Source: Bacteriovoracaceae bacterium (GTDB taxonomy: Bacteria; Bdellovibrionota; Bacteriovoracia; Bacteriovoracales; Bacteriovoracaceae). From it: a stretch of 64,000 bases of DNA. The notes under the pieces were generated by a model that searched no databases, was not told the origin of the DNA, and was given only the letters and a program-made list of their open reading frames with translations. Within the stretch, counting starts at the first letter, position 1. The number at the start of each line of letters is the position of its first letter. The position numbers were made by a program, and so were the translations under genes. Shown in pieces: positions 1 through 11,002 of the stretch. The stretch is taken from the NCBI GenBank assembly GCA_018649885.1, contig JABIHA010000018.1, forward strand, positions 1-64,000, given 5' to 3'.

Positions 1-243
1 AATAAAATTTGCGGGATAAGTGGCATTTGCCATAATCCCACCAACTTTTGCAGCAGCAAGAAAGACATGTTGAGGTCTGTGGTGTTCAAAATATTGTAGT
101 ACATCACTTTGAACAAATAGGTTTAACTCAGATCTTTTAGGAGTTAGGACATTATCGTAACCCTCTTTTGCCAGGCAACGAGTAATGGCCGATCCAACAA
201 GACCTCCACTTCCTAAAACCAATATTTTATCGGACTTTAACAT
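1..243 (-). CDS. fcl: GDP-L-fucose synthase, 5' part (truncated by window edge)
   Basis: Hand translation from ATG at 243: MLKSDKILVLGSGGLVGSAI...VFLAAAKVGGIMANATYPANFI; GxxGxxG and LAAAKVGGI motifs; directly downstream of gmd. Confidence 0.92.
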   Translation of the reverse strand, partial: MLKSDKILVLGSGGLVGSAITRCLAKEGYDNVLTPKRSELNLFVQSDVLQYFEHHRPQHVFLAAAKVGGIMANATYPANFI

Positions 244-1293
244 CTAGCCTCTGCTCTTCTCAATATGCTTAAGGTCTGCTTCCATCATGAGTCTAACAAG
301 TTCTTCAAAAGTTGTAGTTGGTGCCCATCCAAGCTTTTCTTTAGCTTTACTAGGGTCTCCCACAAGTAGTTCAACTTCTGTTGGTCTAAAATATTTGGGA
401 TCAATATTAACAAGAGTTTTGCCGGTCGCTTTATCAACACCATATTCTTCAACAGTGCCTCTTTCGCCTTTCCATTCAATCTCTACGTTAATCATCTTAA
501 ATGCTTTTTCTACAAATTCTCTAACAGTTTTGGTTTCACCTGTTGCAAGAACAAAGTCATCTGGCTCATCAGCTTGAAGCATGCGCCACATTCCCTCGAC
601 ATATTCTTTAGCAAAGCCCCAGTCTCTCTTAGCATCCATGTTTCCAAGGGTAAGAAGATCTTGATTACCATATTTTATATTGGCTACGGCCATTGTGATT
701 TTTCTTGTCACAAACGTTTCGCCTCTTAGTGGAGATTCGTGATTGAACAAAATCCCATTACAGGCAAACATATTATAGGCTTCTCTGTAATTAACGGTAA
801 TCCAGTAGCCATATAATTTGGCAACGCCATATGGGCTTCTTGGGTAAAATGGAGTTGTTTCTTTTTGAGGAATTTCTTGAACTTTTCCGTAGAGCTCACT
901 AGTAGATGCTTGATAGAATCTACATGTTTCACTAAGACCACAAATTCTAATGGCCTCAAGTAATCTCATAGTACCCATTGCATCTACATTGGCAGTGTAC
1001 TCTGGGGAGTCAAAAGAGACTTTAACGTGGCTCATGGCCCCTAAGTTATAAATCTCATCTGGTTTAATTTCTTGAACTAAACGTATGATATTTGTGGAGT
1101 CTGATAAGTCTCCATAGTGTAGTTGAAAATTATTTCCGTAGTCTTTATTGTAATAAAGATGATCAACCCTTTCTGTATTAAATTGGCTGCTTCTTCTTTT
1201 TATTCCGTGAACTTCATATCCCTTTTCGAGTAGTAACTCAGCAAGGTAAGCCCCATCTTGTCCAGTGACTCCAGTAACTAATGCTTTTTTCAT
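244..1293 (-). CDS. gmd: GDP-mannose 4,6-dehydratase
   Basis: [39 protein letters not shown] motifs. Confidence 0.97.
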   Translation of the reverse strand: MKKALVTGVTGQDGAYLAELLLEKGYEVHGIKRRSSQFNTERVDHLYYNKDYGNNFQLHYGDLSDSTNIIRLVQEIKPDEIYNLGAMSHVKVSFDSPEYTANVDAMGTMRLLEAIRICGLSETCRFYQASTSELYGKVQEIPQKETTPFYPRSPYGVAKLYGYWITVNYREAYNMFACNGILFNHESPLRGETFVTRKITMAVANIKYGNQDLLTLGNMDAKRDWGFAKEYVEGMWRMLQADEPDDFVLATGETKTVREFVEKAFKMINVEIEWKGERGTVEEYGVDKATGKTLVNIDPKYFRPTEVELLVGDPSKAKEKLGWAPTTTFEELVRLMMEADLKHIEKSRG

Positions 1294-1477
1294 AAAAACC
1301 TCTAAAGTGTTGTGCTATCTCAAGTGGACTAATATAGCAGGGGAATAGCTAATGGGAAACCCTTTGTCGCTAAGAGTTGATAGGTTCATGGCCCCTTGTG
1401 GAAAAGAATTTGTTGGTCTGTTCTAAAATTGCTACATTTAATGCCCAATACGATTATTATTCGAGGAATGTAGAGAA

Positions 1478-2446
1478 TTGAAAACTGCCTTTATCACAGG
1501 AATTTCCGGTCAAGATGGACCCTACCTGGCCAAGCTATTGCTGGGAAAGGGTGTAAAAGTAGTTGGATTAACTAGATGCATTACTGACGAAACAATGAGA
1601 GGGATCCGTTATCTCGGCATTGAAGGTGATGTGGAAATGGTTGCCACTGAACTGGGTGATAAAAAGATAATCGAATCTTTAATAGCTAAATACGAACCAG
1701 ATGAAATTTATAATCTAGCTGCTCAAAGCTCTGTTGGAGCCTCGTTCACGAGCCCATGTACAACTCTTGAATTTAATATCCTTTCGGTATTGTACTTTCT
1801 TGAAGCTATTAGGCTGTTTGATAAAAAACAAATAAAATTTTATCAAGCCTCTAGTAGTGAGATATTTGGAAAAGTTCAATCTCTTCCCATTACAGAAAAA
1901 AAAGCGATTCACCCTTTGAGTCCATATGCTGTTTCTAAGGCTTCTGCGCATTATATGACCGTGAATTACCGAGAAGCATTTAGCACCTATTCTTGTTGTG
2001 GAATTCTATTTAACCACGAGTCTTATCTTCGTCACCCAAGCTTTTTTATGAAAAAAGTTATTCGTGAATCCATTGAGATTTCCAGGGGAATGAGAGATGA
2101 GCTGAGAGTTGGAAATATCGATATCAAAAGAGATTTTGGCTATGGTCCAAAATATGTTGAGGCCATGTACCTGATGCTCCAGCAAGAAGGTCCTGATGAC
2201 TTTATTGTCTGCTCTGGTGAGTCACATGCATTAAGAGAAATTATTAATTGGCTCTTTTTGAAACTTGATATTGGTAGTGATCGACTTGTTATTGATAAAA
2301 AATTAATCAGACCGACTGAGATAGAAGATATGGTGGGCGATAATTCAAAGGCCAAAAATATCTTGGGTTGGGATTACTCTTTAAGTTTATCAGGACTTTT
2401 AGATATACTCCTAGAAGAAGAACTTCGAAATTTTTCTGAAAAATGA
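1478..2446 (+). CDS. Second GDP-mannose 4,6-dehydratase-family SDR (gmd paralog)
   Basis: TGISGQDG, QASSSE, YAVSK, NHES motifs; TTG start; divergent from gmd. Confidence 0.8.
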   Translation: MKTAFITGISGQDGPYLAKLLLGKGVKVVGLTRCITDETMRGIRYLGIEGDVEMVATELGDKKIIESLIAKYEPDEIYNLAAQSSVGASFTSPCTTLEFNILSVLYFLEAIRLFDKKQIKFYQASSSEIFGKVQSLPITEKKAIHPLSPYAVSKASAHYMTVNYREAFSTYSCCGILFNHESYLRHPSFFMKKVIRESIEISRGMRDELRVGNIDIKRDFGYGPKYVEAMYLMLQQEGPDDFIVCSGESHALREIINWLFLKLDIGSDRLVIDKKLIRPTEIEDMVGDNSKAKNILGWDYSLSLSGLLDILLEEELRNFSEK

Positions 2447-3534
2447 ATAAACTTATATTAAATTACAGTTTGACTCCAGAAAAAGGCGGTATCGAAAGAT
2501 ATGGTCACAATCTTTTAAAATTTCTTTCAACTAAAGATGGTGAAGTTTTTACTTTTTCAGAAAGATTTGAGCATGAGACTTTCTTTGGAGAAGAAAATAT
2601 AACTTCTTCCATTAAAAGTTTTGGCGCTCTCGATAGATTTACTCTTGGATTTCGTATCGCTAGTAGGCTGAAACGGAAGAAAATAGATGTAATCTACTGT
2701 CTTCACCTCTATCTATTGCCCAAGGCCTTTATTATTTCACACCTGACAGGGGCAAAGATTGTTTTGGCGGTCTATGGGATTGAATGTTGGGGAGGAAGAA
2801 TTTCAAAATATCTTCGTTATTTTGAAAGAGTCGAAAAGATAATTTGTATTAGTGAGTTTACTAAAAAAGAAGTTGTAGAAGGGGGAGTAAATCCTAAGCT
2901 TATTGAAATAGTTCCTCCTGTTTTAGATTTGACCCATATTCCCGAATATACAAAATTGCCTCATGAATCTCTCAATATATTAACTGTGGGTCGATTGAAT
3001 TCGGATGAAAAGTATAAAGGCCATGATCAGGTTATAAAGTCCCTCAAATTGGTTAAGGATAAGCTAGAGAATATAAAATATCATATTGTAGGTCGCGGAG
3101 ATGATCAGAAACGCCTTGAAGATTTAGCAAAAAGTGAAGGGGTCAGCGAATTGGTTGAGTTTCACGGATTTGTATCTGAGGAGGAGTTAGATCAACTTTA
3201 TCGTGCTGCCGATATTTTCATTATGCCTAGTCGTGTAGAAATCTCTCGTGAGTGTGCACAAGGAGAGGGCTTTGGTATTGTCTTCTTAGAGGCCTCAAAA
3301 TATGGGGTTCCATCAATTGGTCCAAATATTGGAGGGTCATGTGATTTTTTAAAAGAGGGAGAAAATGCTCTTTTAGTAGATCCTGATTCTTGTGAGAATA
3401 TAGCAAAGGCAATCATTTCTTTGGGTGCGGACTCAGCTCTAAGAGAAAAATTAGGGAAGGCCTCCCTTGAAAAATTAAAAAGCGGATATATTTTCAGTAA
3501 TCTTGAAAACTATCTCCCTGCATCTCTTTATTAA
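2443..3534 (+). CDS. Glycosyltransferase family 4
   Basis: VGRL...KG and EGFGIVFLEA (ExFGxxxxEA) GT-B motifs; ATGA overlap with upstream gene. Confidence 0.9.
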   Translation: MNKLILNYSLTPEKGGIERYGHNLLKFLSTKDGEVFTFSERFEHETFFGEENITSSIKSFGALDRFTLGFRIASRLKRKKIDVIYCLHLYLLPKAFIISHLTGAKIVLAVYGIECWGGRISKYLRYFERVEKIICISEFTKKEVVEGGVNPKLIEIVPPVLDLTHIPEYTKLPHESLNILTVGRLNSDEKYKGHDQVIKSLKLVKDKLENIKYHIVGRGDDQKRLEDLAKSEGVSELVEFHGFVSEEELDQLYRAADIFIMPSRVEISRECAQGEGFGIVFLEASKYGVPSIGPNIGGSCDFLKEGENALLVDPDSCENIAKAIISLGADSALREKLGKASLEKLKSGYIFSNLENYLPASLY

Positions 3535-4775
3535 TTTTTGAGAACTGATTGATAGAAGGATTTGTAGCTTGTGGATAGATTGCTACTATTGAAATTCTCT
3601 TCAACATAGAGGTGCATCTTATCTCTTCTGTTTTTATCAAAACTCTCTCCCATACACCACCTGATACCCTTATCAAAGCTGGCCTGGTCTTTGTAAATGG
3701 CGAGGTAGCCATTTTCACAGTGAGTTATCAATTCCTTTGGAGCTGAATAATCAAAAGAAACTACGGGAGTTCCACAGGATAGAGATTCAACAATTGTTTT
3801 TCCAAATGCTTCTTCTAGTGAGGGAGCTGCGAAGACATCGCATGCACTGTAAATTTGAGAGAGTTTTTGGGTATCTGAAATCTTACCGAGACTTATATGC
3901 GGGATTGAATCATCATCAAATCCATCAGAGCCAAAAGTCACTAGCATTTCATCCTCATTTTGATGAAAATTAAAATAGTTCTCTACAAACTCCCATCCCT
4001 TTCGTGGGTCAACTCGAGATGAGATAGCTCCAAAAAGAATCAGCTTTTTATCCTCGGGAAGTCCCAGTTTTTTTCTTGCCTCAAGTTTATCCCAAACAGG
4101 AAACTGAGAGCATGGAATTCCGTTATATATGAGTTTAATATCTTGTTGATTAAATAGTGCACTTTTGACGGCTTCTTCCCTAATCCACTTTGAAATAGCA
4201 ACAGGAAATAGATTTTTGTGAGTTGAATATATTTTCGATTTAATTTTAAATATATTTGAAGAAAGATCTGAATTCGAAGTAGAACCTAAAATGGGGCAAG
4301 CACTACAGACTCGATAGTATTTTGTGCAACCATTTGAGTAATGGCATCCACCTGTAAAAGGCCAAAGATCTCTTAGTGTCCATACAACAGGTCTTTTAAA
4401 CTTTGATATTTGGCTCATTGAAAGAAGCCCATTATTGACCCAATGGAGGTGAATGACATCGGGGTTAATTTTAGCAATGATCTTTTCAAGAGATGGGCCT
4501 AAAAGTGTTGGGCTAAATAGGGCAGACCTGCTTCTTTTCTTGTAAAACTGGACAGGAATTCGATCCATTTTCTGATAGAGAGCAACACTTACATTACCTA
4601 TTATACTGGTGGCACTAAGAATTTTTTGGTCAGGGTCACTATCTCCAAATTGTATGAAAAAATGAGAGTCAACACCACACTCCATTAGTGATTGATGCAA
4701 CCAAAGAGCACCTTTAGCGGCTCCCCAGCTAATATCTCCCGCACAAATATGTAGTACACTAAGATCTTTTTTCAT
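3531..4775 (-). CDS. Glycosyltransferase family 4 (WcaC-like)
   Basis: HLHW, WTLRDLWPFTGGCHY, EAFGKTIVESLSCGTP; start placed at ATG 4775 (ATGA overlap with asnB-like stop) rather than 4820. Confidence 0.88.
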   Translation of the reverse strand: MKKDLSVLHICAGDISWGAAKGALWLHQSLMECGVDSHFFIQFGDSDPDQKILSATSIIGNVSVALYQKMDRIPVQFYKKRSRSALFSPTLLGPSLEKIIAKINPDVIHLHWVNNGLLSMSQISKFKRPVVWTLRDLWPFTGGCHYSNGCTKYYRVCSACPILGSTSNSDLSSNIFKIKSKIYSTHKNLFPVAISKWIREEAVKSALFNQQDIKLIYNGIPCSQFPVWDKLEARKKLGLPEDKKLILFGAISSRVDPRKGWEFVENYFNFHQNEDEMLVTFGSDGFDDDSIPHISLGKISDTQKLSQIYSACDVFAAPSLEEAFGKTIVESLSCGTPVVSFDYSAPKELITHCENGYLAIYKDQASFDKGIRWCMGESFDKNRRDKMHLYVEENFNSSNLSTSYKSFYQSVLKN

Positions 4776-6553
4776 AGCTTTTGTCTTTCCCTCCACATTG
4801 TTAGAACAAGAAGGCTCCATACACCTCTATAATCCCGCGGGTTAGAGTAAAATCTTTTGACCATGGCCTGCACCAGACCTTCTGGTAAGGCCAAGTCACT
4901 TAGCTTTTCATGAAGAGTGCTTAATTCTGCACTAAGCACCTTGGCAATCCAATTGCCCACAGGCATCTCAAAGCCTCTTTTGGGGGCCTTGGTGATTTCA
5001 TCTGGTAGCACTCCAGGAAATGAATCAATCAGTAGTTTTTTATTGATATGGTTTGCATGTTTAAGATCTTGTGGAAGTGAATATACATATTCAAATAGTT
5101 CGGGATCAATATAGGGAACCCTAACTTCAAGTGAATGGTGCATACTAATGGCGTCGGCATCTCTTAAGAGCATATTGGGAAGATAGTGGTTTGTTTCAAA
5201 TGCTGAGATGTTTTGATAGGCATCGAGTTCATCATTCCAACGGTATTCACATTTTGACTTTGATAAATTGAAAATTTCTCTGTTAATAAACCGGTACTTT
5301 TCAAGCTTATTTGGATCAAAGGCCATATGTTCAAATCCAAGCTTTCTCATAACTCGTAGTGGGAGAAAGGGAGCTTTTATAGGGGAGCTGGCATTCTTGT
5401 ATGCAATTTTAAATAATGGGTAGCCTCCAAAGACTTCATCAGCACCTAGACCTGAAAAGGCCACTTTATATTTTTTTTGAACCGAACGACTTATAAAATA
5501 GGAATTGAGGCCATCTGCCGTTGGTTGGTCCATGGAATCTATATAGTCATCAAGGCAATTTTTAAAATCATCTTGTGAAATACTGACCTCAGTGTGGTTG
5601 GTATTGAAGCGGCCTGCAACTAACTTGGCAAGTGCCCATTCATTTAAGTCTTCTCCTTCGCTGCCAAAACCAATTGAGAAAGTATTGATTTTTTTACCTG
5701 AAATCTGTCCCATCAGACCAACCAGAAGACCCGAATCAATTCCTCCACTCAAAAATGCAGATATAGGTACATCACTTCTCATCTGTCTTTCGAGGATTTG
5801 GGTAAACTTGGTGTTTACAGTGTCAGTAGCTTCACGGTAATCAATTTTTTCTTTGAGAGGAGCTACGTCACATAAATTCCAATATTTTTGAATTTTAAGG
5901 CCAGCATTTGTTATCAGGGCCTTATGTCCAGGAGGGAGTACCTTTATTTCTTCAAATATAGTGTGAGGCGCGGGCACATTTCCTAGTGTTAAAAAATCCC
6001 AAACACTTTGGTCTCTCAATTTTAAAGGAGATAGTAGTTTTGATTTTACCAGAGGAGCCAGTTCAGATGAAAATGAAAAAGACTCATTTGAATTCGTGTA
6101 GTACAGAGGCTTTACTCCGAGCTGATCTCTAGCAATAAATAGCTCATTTTCTTTTTTATCAAAAATAGCGAAATCAAAAATTCCTTGGAGCTTTTTCAGG
6201 ATCTGGTCTTTGTGCTCTATATAACCTCTTAGTAGAACTTCAGTATCTGAGTTAGAAACAAATTTGTGTCCTTTTTTTTCTAGCTCAGATCTTATTTCTA
6301 AAAAATTATAGATCTCTCCGTTGTAGCAAAGGGTGTATCTTCCACACTCTGAGCTCATAGGTTGAGAGCCAGCGTCGCTTAAATCTAAAATGGAAAGACG
6401 AGCGTGTAGGAATGTGAGATTTTTACTTTCACCATGATATGTGAATGGGTGGGTAAACTCCCCACTTCCATCAGGACCTCTTCTTCTGAGTTCTTCAAAG
6501 ATAGGACCATGATCTAATTTTGAATGATGAATATATCCAAAAATCCCACACAT
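4772..6553 (-). CDS. asnB: Asparagine synthase (glutamine-hydrolysing)-like amidotransferase, probably glycan amidation
   Basis: N-terminal MCGI nucleophile, RGPD, NGEIYN, LSGGIDS, SGLGADE, LEVRVP. Confidence 0.9.
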   Translation of the reverse strand: MCGIFGYIHHSKLDHGPIFEELRRRGPDGSGEFTHPFTYHGESKNLTFLHARLSILDLSDAGSQPMSSECGRYTLCYNGEIYNFLEIRSELEKKGHKFVSNSDTEVLLRGYIEHKDQILKKLQGIFDFAIFDKKENELFIARDQLGVKPLYYTNSNESFSFSSELAPLVKSKLLSPLKLRDQSVWDFLTLGNVPAPHTIFEEIKVLPPGHKALITNAGLKIQKYWNLCDVAPLKEKIDYREATDTVNTKFTQILERQMRSDVPISAFLSGGIDSGLLVGLMGQISGKKINTFSIGFGSEGEDLNEWALAKLVAGRFNTNHTEVSISQDDFKNCLDDYIDSMDQPTADGLNSYFISRSVQKKYKVAFSGLGADEVFGGYPLFKIAYKNASSPIKAPFLPLRVMRKLGFEHMAFDPNKLEKYRFINREIFNLSKSKCEYRWNDELDAYQNISAFETNHYLPNMLLRDADAISMHHSLEVRVPYIDPELFEYVYSLPQDLKHANHINKKLLIDSFPGVLPDEITKAPKRGFEMPVGNWIAKVLSAELSTLHEKLSDLALPEGLVQAMVKRFYSNPRDYRGVWSLLVLTMWRERQKL

Positions 6554-6556
6554 AGA

Positions 6557-7699
6557 TTACTTTAAAACCTCTTCTATTATTTGCAGTGTATCAGCTGCAA
6601 TTTGTTTTACACTATATCTTAGTGCTTTTTTGGTATCTTGTTTTTTTAAATTCTCTCGGTCAATAAGTAGTTTTGATAGAGCTACTTCGTCGCCCTCAGG
6701 AAATATAAATCTATCATCTCCAACCACTTCGACAATCGCCCCAGAGTCTGCTCCTATTACAGGGATCCCACAAAGCTGTGCCTGAGGGATCACCAGGCCA
6801 AATTGTTCTGTCCAGTCTTCAGTAGAGCGCGATGGAAGAACCATTACATCGAAGGCCCGCATATAATCAGGAACTTCAGATTGGTCGATATGGCCTGTGA
6901 TAATGACCTTGTCTACTAGATCTAACTCACGGACTTTGTCTCCAAAAGCAGACCTTTCATCACCATCACCAACAATTACCAATTTGGTATCTAAGTCAGT
7001 GGGTAGTAGTTTTACTGCTGCAAGTAGATCAAAAACTCCCTTGAGAGAGACGATCCTGCCAACAAAGCCAATTGTGTAGCAGTCCTTGTCTAATTTTAGT
7101 TTTTCTCGGACTAGATCCCTTTTTTTGAGATCGGGATAAAAGATCTTAGGGTCGACTCCAATTTCTGTTTGAGTATAGATTTTCTTTGTATATCCCTTTG
7201 CATAGAAGAGTTCTGCAATCTTATTTGTTCCTGCCAGGAAGAAGTCACTCAAGCCATTAAGGAGATACCATCTGACTTTCTTAGTTATTGTATCGTTTGG
7301 AATTTTAAGATTTTGCCAGGAGAAGAATCCAATTTTTGTTTTCCTGGAATATAGTTTGGTATTTAACAGTGTCCAGTGAAGGCCATGGCTATATTCTTCA
7401 ATCATGGCAAAAGTGACTAAAGGTTGATACTTCTTTAATAAAGCAGGTAAACCCTCTATACGATATCGGCTCCAGTCACTAGGATGAGTTGTTTTAACAG
7501 CTACAATTTCTAAGGCTTCACTTTGATAGTTTTGAGTGCTCCAGGTTTTTTTATCTCCAAACCAAGTTGATTCCCAGTATTCAGGAATCAGCAAAATGAT
7601 CTTGTACTTATTTGTTAAACTAGCTAGTTCTTCCCACCTTTTTCGATTCTCTGGTACCACCAAAGCATGGGAGATAACGAAAATATTAGATCTTTTCAT
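6557..7699 (-). CDS. Glycosyltransferase family 4
   Basis: FVGRIVSLKG, EQFGLVIPQAQLCGIPV. Confidence 0.88.
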   Translation of the reverse strand: MKRSNIFVISHALVVPENRKRWEELASLTNKYKIILLIPEYWESTWFGDKKTWSTQNYQSEALEIVAVKTTHPSDWSRYRIEGLPALLKKYQPLVTFAMIEEYSHGLHWTLLNTKLYSRKTKIGFFSWQNLKIPNDTITKKVRWYLLNGLSDFFLAGTNKIAELFYAKGYTKKIYTQTEIGVDPKIFYPDLKKRDLVREKLKLDKDCYTIGFVGRIVSLKGVFDLLAAVKLLPTDLDTKLVIVGDGDERSAFGDKVRELDLVDKVIITGHIDQSEVPDYMRAFDVMVLPSRSTEDWTEQFGLVIPQAQLCGIPVIGADSGAIVEVVGDDRFIFPEGDEVALSKLLIDRENLKKQDTKKALRYSVKQIAADTLQIIEEVLK

Positions 7700-8987
7700 C
7701 TAGGATTCTCGATAGTTTGGGGAAATTAAAACTCTTAAATTGAATTAGAAAGATTTTCCTGGCCCTGGGATGAAAAATATTGAGCCATACTGCTACTGAA
7801 GAAGATGACACTAATGTAGCTATAGCTGCGCCTTTACCTGCAAATTTGGGAATTAGTAAGTAATTTAAGCTAAGGTTGATAATTGATCCGGCGACTGTTT
7901 TAAAGAGAGAAAATGTCAGAAGGTCTTCTGCTAAATCAAAGGGGCCTTGGGCCACTCCCCAAAATACAAAAATTATAGTCCAAATATAAATATGTAAAAT
8001 AGGAATAGATTCATTAAAGGACTTGGAAAAAATCGCTGATAGCCAACTTCCAGGAATGACTGAAACACCAATAATCAGTAAAAAGCCTAGAAAGGTAAGA
8101 ATTCTGTAAAGATCTTCAAGCTTGTTTTGATACTCGAAAGGATTCTCTTTTTTGTATCTCAGTATATTGGGTAAGTATGATCCCATTAAGGCCATAGGAA
8201 TAATATACCAAATTTCAGTAATCTTTATGGCAAGAGAATAAATGCCAACAGCTTTATTTGAAAGCATGTGTTTAAGCATTATCTGATCCATCTTCATATA
8301 CATGGCAACTGCAATTCCAGAAAAAAGAAGTGGCAGGGCCTGACTCATAAGTTTGAATGTAGTTGATTTTTTAAACTCCCACTGACTCATTGAAAATCCG
8401 AGTTTCTTGTAGAAGAAGATATGACCAAGACCTATGACCACAAATTCGAGAGCAGCAATAATGGCAAAAGTTTGAAGACTTTGCCCCGTAACAATGGCCA
8501 GAATTTTTAAACCGGCCATGGTGAAGTTTGTTGTGCTTTTAACCGTTGTAATGATTTTTGATTGCAGTTTGTACTCGAAATAAGTTTCGATATTATCAAA
8601 AACGCGAAAACTAAAGCCTACACCAAAAATGATAATTAATTTTCTTAGAACTAATTCATCAACGTGTAGGGTGAAAGATAAAATCAAAACGCTTATGAGT
8701 GAAAAGATGGTCCCTGAAAGTCTGAGAGCAAATCCAGCTCCCAAAATTTCATTTTTCTGGTCAGGTTGATCTACCAGCCATTTTTTTTGGATGCCGGGCA
8801 GACCAAGGGTTACGAGAGGTTCAAAGAGCAGGATCAGTGTGAATGCATAACTCAAAGCGCCAAAATTTTTGGGGCCCAAATACCTAATCATCCATAGGGT
8901 CGTGAAGAAATTAACAAAGGTTCTAAGAAACTTCTCTAGCCCGTGCCACATGGCATTTTTATAGATATTCGCAGTGCTATCAAACAT
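7686..8987 (-). CDS. wzx: Polysaccharide flippase
   Basis: Multi-TM; RYLGPKNFG, MKMDQIML, VGIYSLA, LIPKFAGKGAAIAT typical of Wzx. Confidence 0.88.
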   Translation of the reverse strand: MFDSTANIYKNAMWHGLEKFLRTFVNFFTTLWMIRYLGPKNFGALSYAFTLILLFEPLVTLGLPGIQKKWLVDQPDQKNEILGAGFALRLSGTIFSLISVLILSFTLHVDELVLRKLIIIFGVGFSFRVFDNIETYFEYKLQSKIITTVKSTTNFTMAGLKILAIVTGQSLQTFAIIAALEFVVIGLGHIFFYKKLGFSMSQWEFKKSTTFKLMSQALPLLFSGIAVAMYMKMDQIMLKHMLSNKAVGIYSLAIKITEIWYIIPMALMGSYLPNILRYKKENPFEYQNKLEDLYRILTFLGFLLIIGVSVIPGSWLSAIFSKSFNESIPILHIYIWTIIFVFWGVAQGPFDLAEDLLTFSLFKTVAGSIINLSLNYLLIPKFAGKGAAIATLVSSSSVAVWLNIFHPRARKIFLIQFKSFNFPKLSRILDEKI

Positions 8988-9072
8988 AGCTAAATCTTAT
9001 CATGAGTGAACTAATTTAGAACACTACTGATTTCCTGCTATGGGTAAACTCAAAATTTGGTGCTATATTGGG

Positions 9073-9876
9073 ATGATGAAAATATCAATTGTCACAGCAA
9101 CCTGGAATTCAGATAAAACTGTTGAGAGGAATATAAAATCGGTCCTGGGTCAGGACTACTGCGACGTAGAGCATATTTTTATCGATAACCTTAGCGGTGA
9201 CAAGACTCTTGAGATCATAGAAAAATCTCATGATGGCAGTGCTTCCGATTTTAAAGTTTACTCCGGGGCTGACAAAGGTATCGCCGATGCTTTTAATAAA
9301 GGTATTGGTGCTTCAAGCGGTGAGATTATTGGGCTTTTAAATAGTGATGATTTTTATCCCGACCCTCAGGTGATAAGCCGAGTGATGGATGCTTTTTCTG
9401 ATCCTAAGGTGATGTTTGTTCATGGGAATATGTTTTTTGAGGACCCAGTACATGGATCTAATTTAAGAAAACCTCTACTATGCCCACCAACTTACGCTTT
9501 TCCCTATAACCATCCGGCCTTTTTCGTAAGGTCCGATCTTTACAAAAAACTAGGGCTATTTGATATTAGTTATAAATTCGCCATGGATTTTGAATTAATT
9601 TGTCGTATGTACGAAACTCCCAATCAGTGTGCAGTCAAGGGAGTTTATCTAGATGGTGACGCTCTTGTATGCATGAGTTTCGGAGGGGTATCTCAAAGTA
9701 GTGAACTTGCTTCGATCCTAGAGGTTAAGCGTGCCTTGCAGTTACATAATTTTTATAATTTTTCAGCAAGAGTGAACCTCTTACTTAGAATGCTTAGAAT
9801 AAAAGTGAAATCTCTCTTATCAGCAGTTGGACTCAATTGGCTTGTTGTATGGTGGAGAAATAGAAAATGGGCATAA
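9073..9876 (+). CDS. Glycosyltransferase family 2 (WcaE-like)
   Basis: KISIVTATWN, IDNLSGD, GIADAFNKG, LNSDD; start probably 9073/9076 (ORF track 9040). Confidence 0.88.
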   Translation: MMKISIVTATWNSDKTVERNIKSVLGQDYCDVEHIFIDNLSGDKTLEIIEKSHDGSASDFKVYSGADKGIADAFNKGIGASSGEIIGLLNSDDFYPDPQVISRVMDAFSDPKVMFVHGNMFFEDPVHGSNLRKPLLCPPTYAFPYNHPAFFVRSDLYKKLGLFDISYKFAMDFELICRMYETPNQCAVKGVYLDGDALVCMSFGGVSQSSELASILEVKRALQLHNFYNFSARVNLLLRMLRIKVKSLLSAVGLNWLVVWWRNRKWA

Positions 9877-9883
9877 TACCCAG

Positions 9884-11002
9884 TTAATACAGTTCAATAT
9901 ATTTTTTTGCCATAGATTTAGCAGTATATTTTTTTTCAATTAAGGCCTTAGCTTCACCTCTTATTTTTTCCCGCAATTTATTGTCCTGGCAAAGCATAAG
10001 GCATTTTTCTTTGAAATCGGTTGAAGACTCTAGCTCAAATTTCAAACCATTTTCACCATGATCAATTAATGTTGTGTGCCCAACAACATTACTAACTAAG
10101 CAGGGCATACCCACTGACATTGCCTCTAAAAGCGAAAGCGGTAGTCCCTCCCAGCGTGAGAAACTTAGGTACACATCGACCTTACTGAGTAGCTCGCCAG
10201 GTCCGGCGGTGTTTCCAACAAAATCGACTTCACCACTTAGTCCCAGTTCTTGACACTGTTTTTCAAGATTTACTTTATCTTCGCCATCCCCAGCAATAAG
10301 GTATTTAAACTTAATTTCGGGGTACTGAGCTTTAAATTCCTTTATGTATTTAAGGGCAATATCGATTCCCTTTTGATAGGTGAGTCGTGCCAGTGTTCCC
10401 ATTTGAATAGTATCTGCCAATTTGTGGGCGGAGTAGTTCTGGGCGATGGCCTCAGAGTCTACTCCATTAACGATGCAAATAGATTTGGCCTCGGTACATT
10501 GATTGTATGAGATCGCCTCAATTTGTTCATCTTTTGATACACAAACAAAGTAATCTGTAAGAGGCTTTAGGGCCTTATCTACATTCCATTTAATAAGACC
10601 AGTAAAACTTTTCTCAAGGTGGATGCCATGAAAAGTGTGAATGATAGTAAAATTTTTAAATAGTTTTAAAAGTCTTGAGTATATTCCTGCCCCTCTACCA
10701 TGAGAGTGAATAGTTTTTATATGGTTATTGATACAAAATTTAAAAAGTCGAAAAAATACAGGTAAAGAAAACTTTCTTTCCGGAATTTCAAAGTGCTTTT
10801 CGGCAATTGATTTTAATTTTTGACCATGTGGGGGGGCCAAGGGACTGGCAATATAAATAGATTTCTTAAATCCAAGTGCTTTTAAGTTGGTTGTTAGATC
10901 AACCAAATGGCCAGGGCCACCTCCAATATCTGATCTTGAAGAAATGAATAAAATTCCTTCATTTTCCACGGATGCATTCAAGAGGAAATTCTCCTTTGGC
11001 AT
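9884..11002 (-). CDS. Glycosyltransferase family 4
   Basis: GGGP, HTFHG, ARLTYQKG, EGLPLSLLEAM; real start may be GTG 10969. Confidence 0.88.
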   Translation of the reverse strand: MPKENFLLNASVENEGILFISSRSDIGGGPGHLVDLTTNLKALGFKKSIYIASPLAPPHGQKLKSIAEKHFEIPERKFSLPVFFRLFKFCINNHIKTIHSHGRGAGIYSRLLKLFKNFTIIHTFHGIHLEKSFTGLIKWNVDKALKPLTDYFVCVSKDEQIEAISYNQCTEAKSICIVNGVDSEAIAQNYSAHKLADTIQMGTLARLTYQKGIDIALKYIKEFKAQYPEIKFKYLIAGDGEDKVNLEKQCQELGLSGEVDFVGNTAGPGELLSKVDVYLSFSRWEGLPLSLLEAMSVGMPCLVSNVVGHTTLIDHGENGLKFELESSTDFKEKCLMLCQDNKLREKIRGEAKALIEKKYTAKSMAKKYIELY

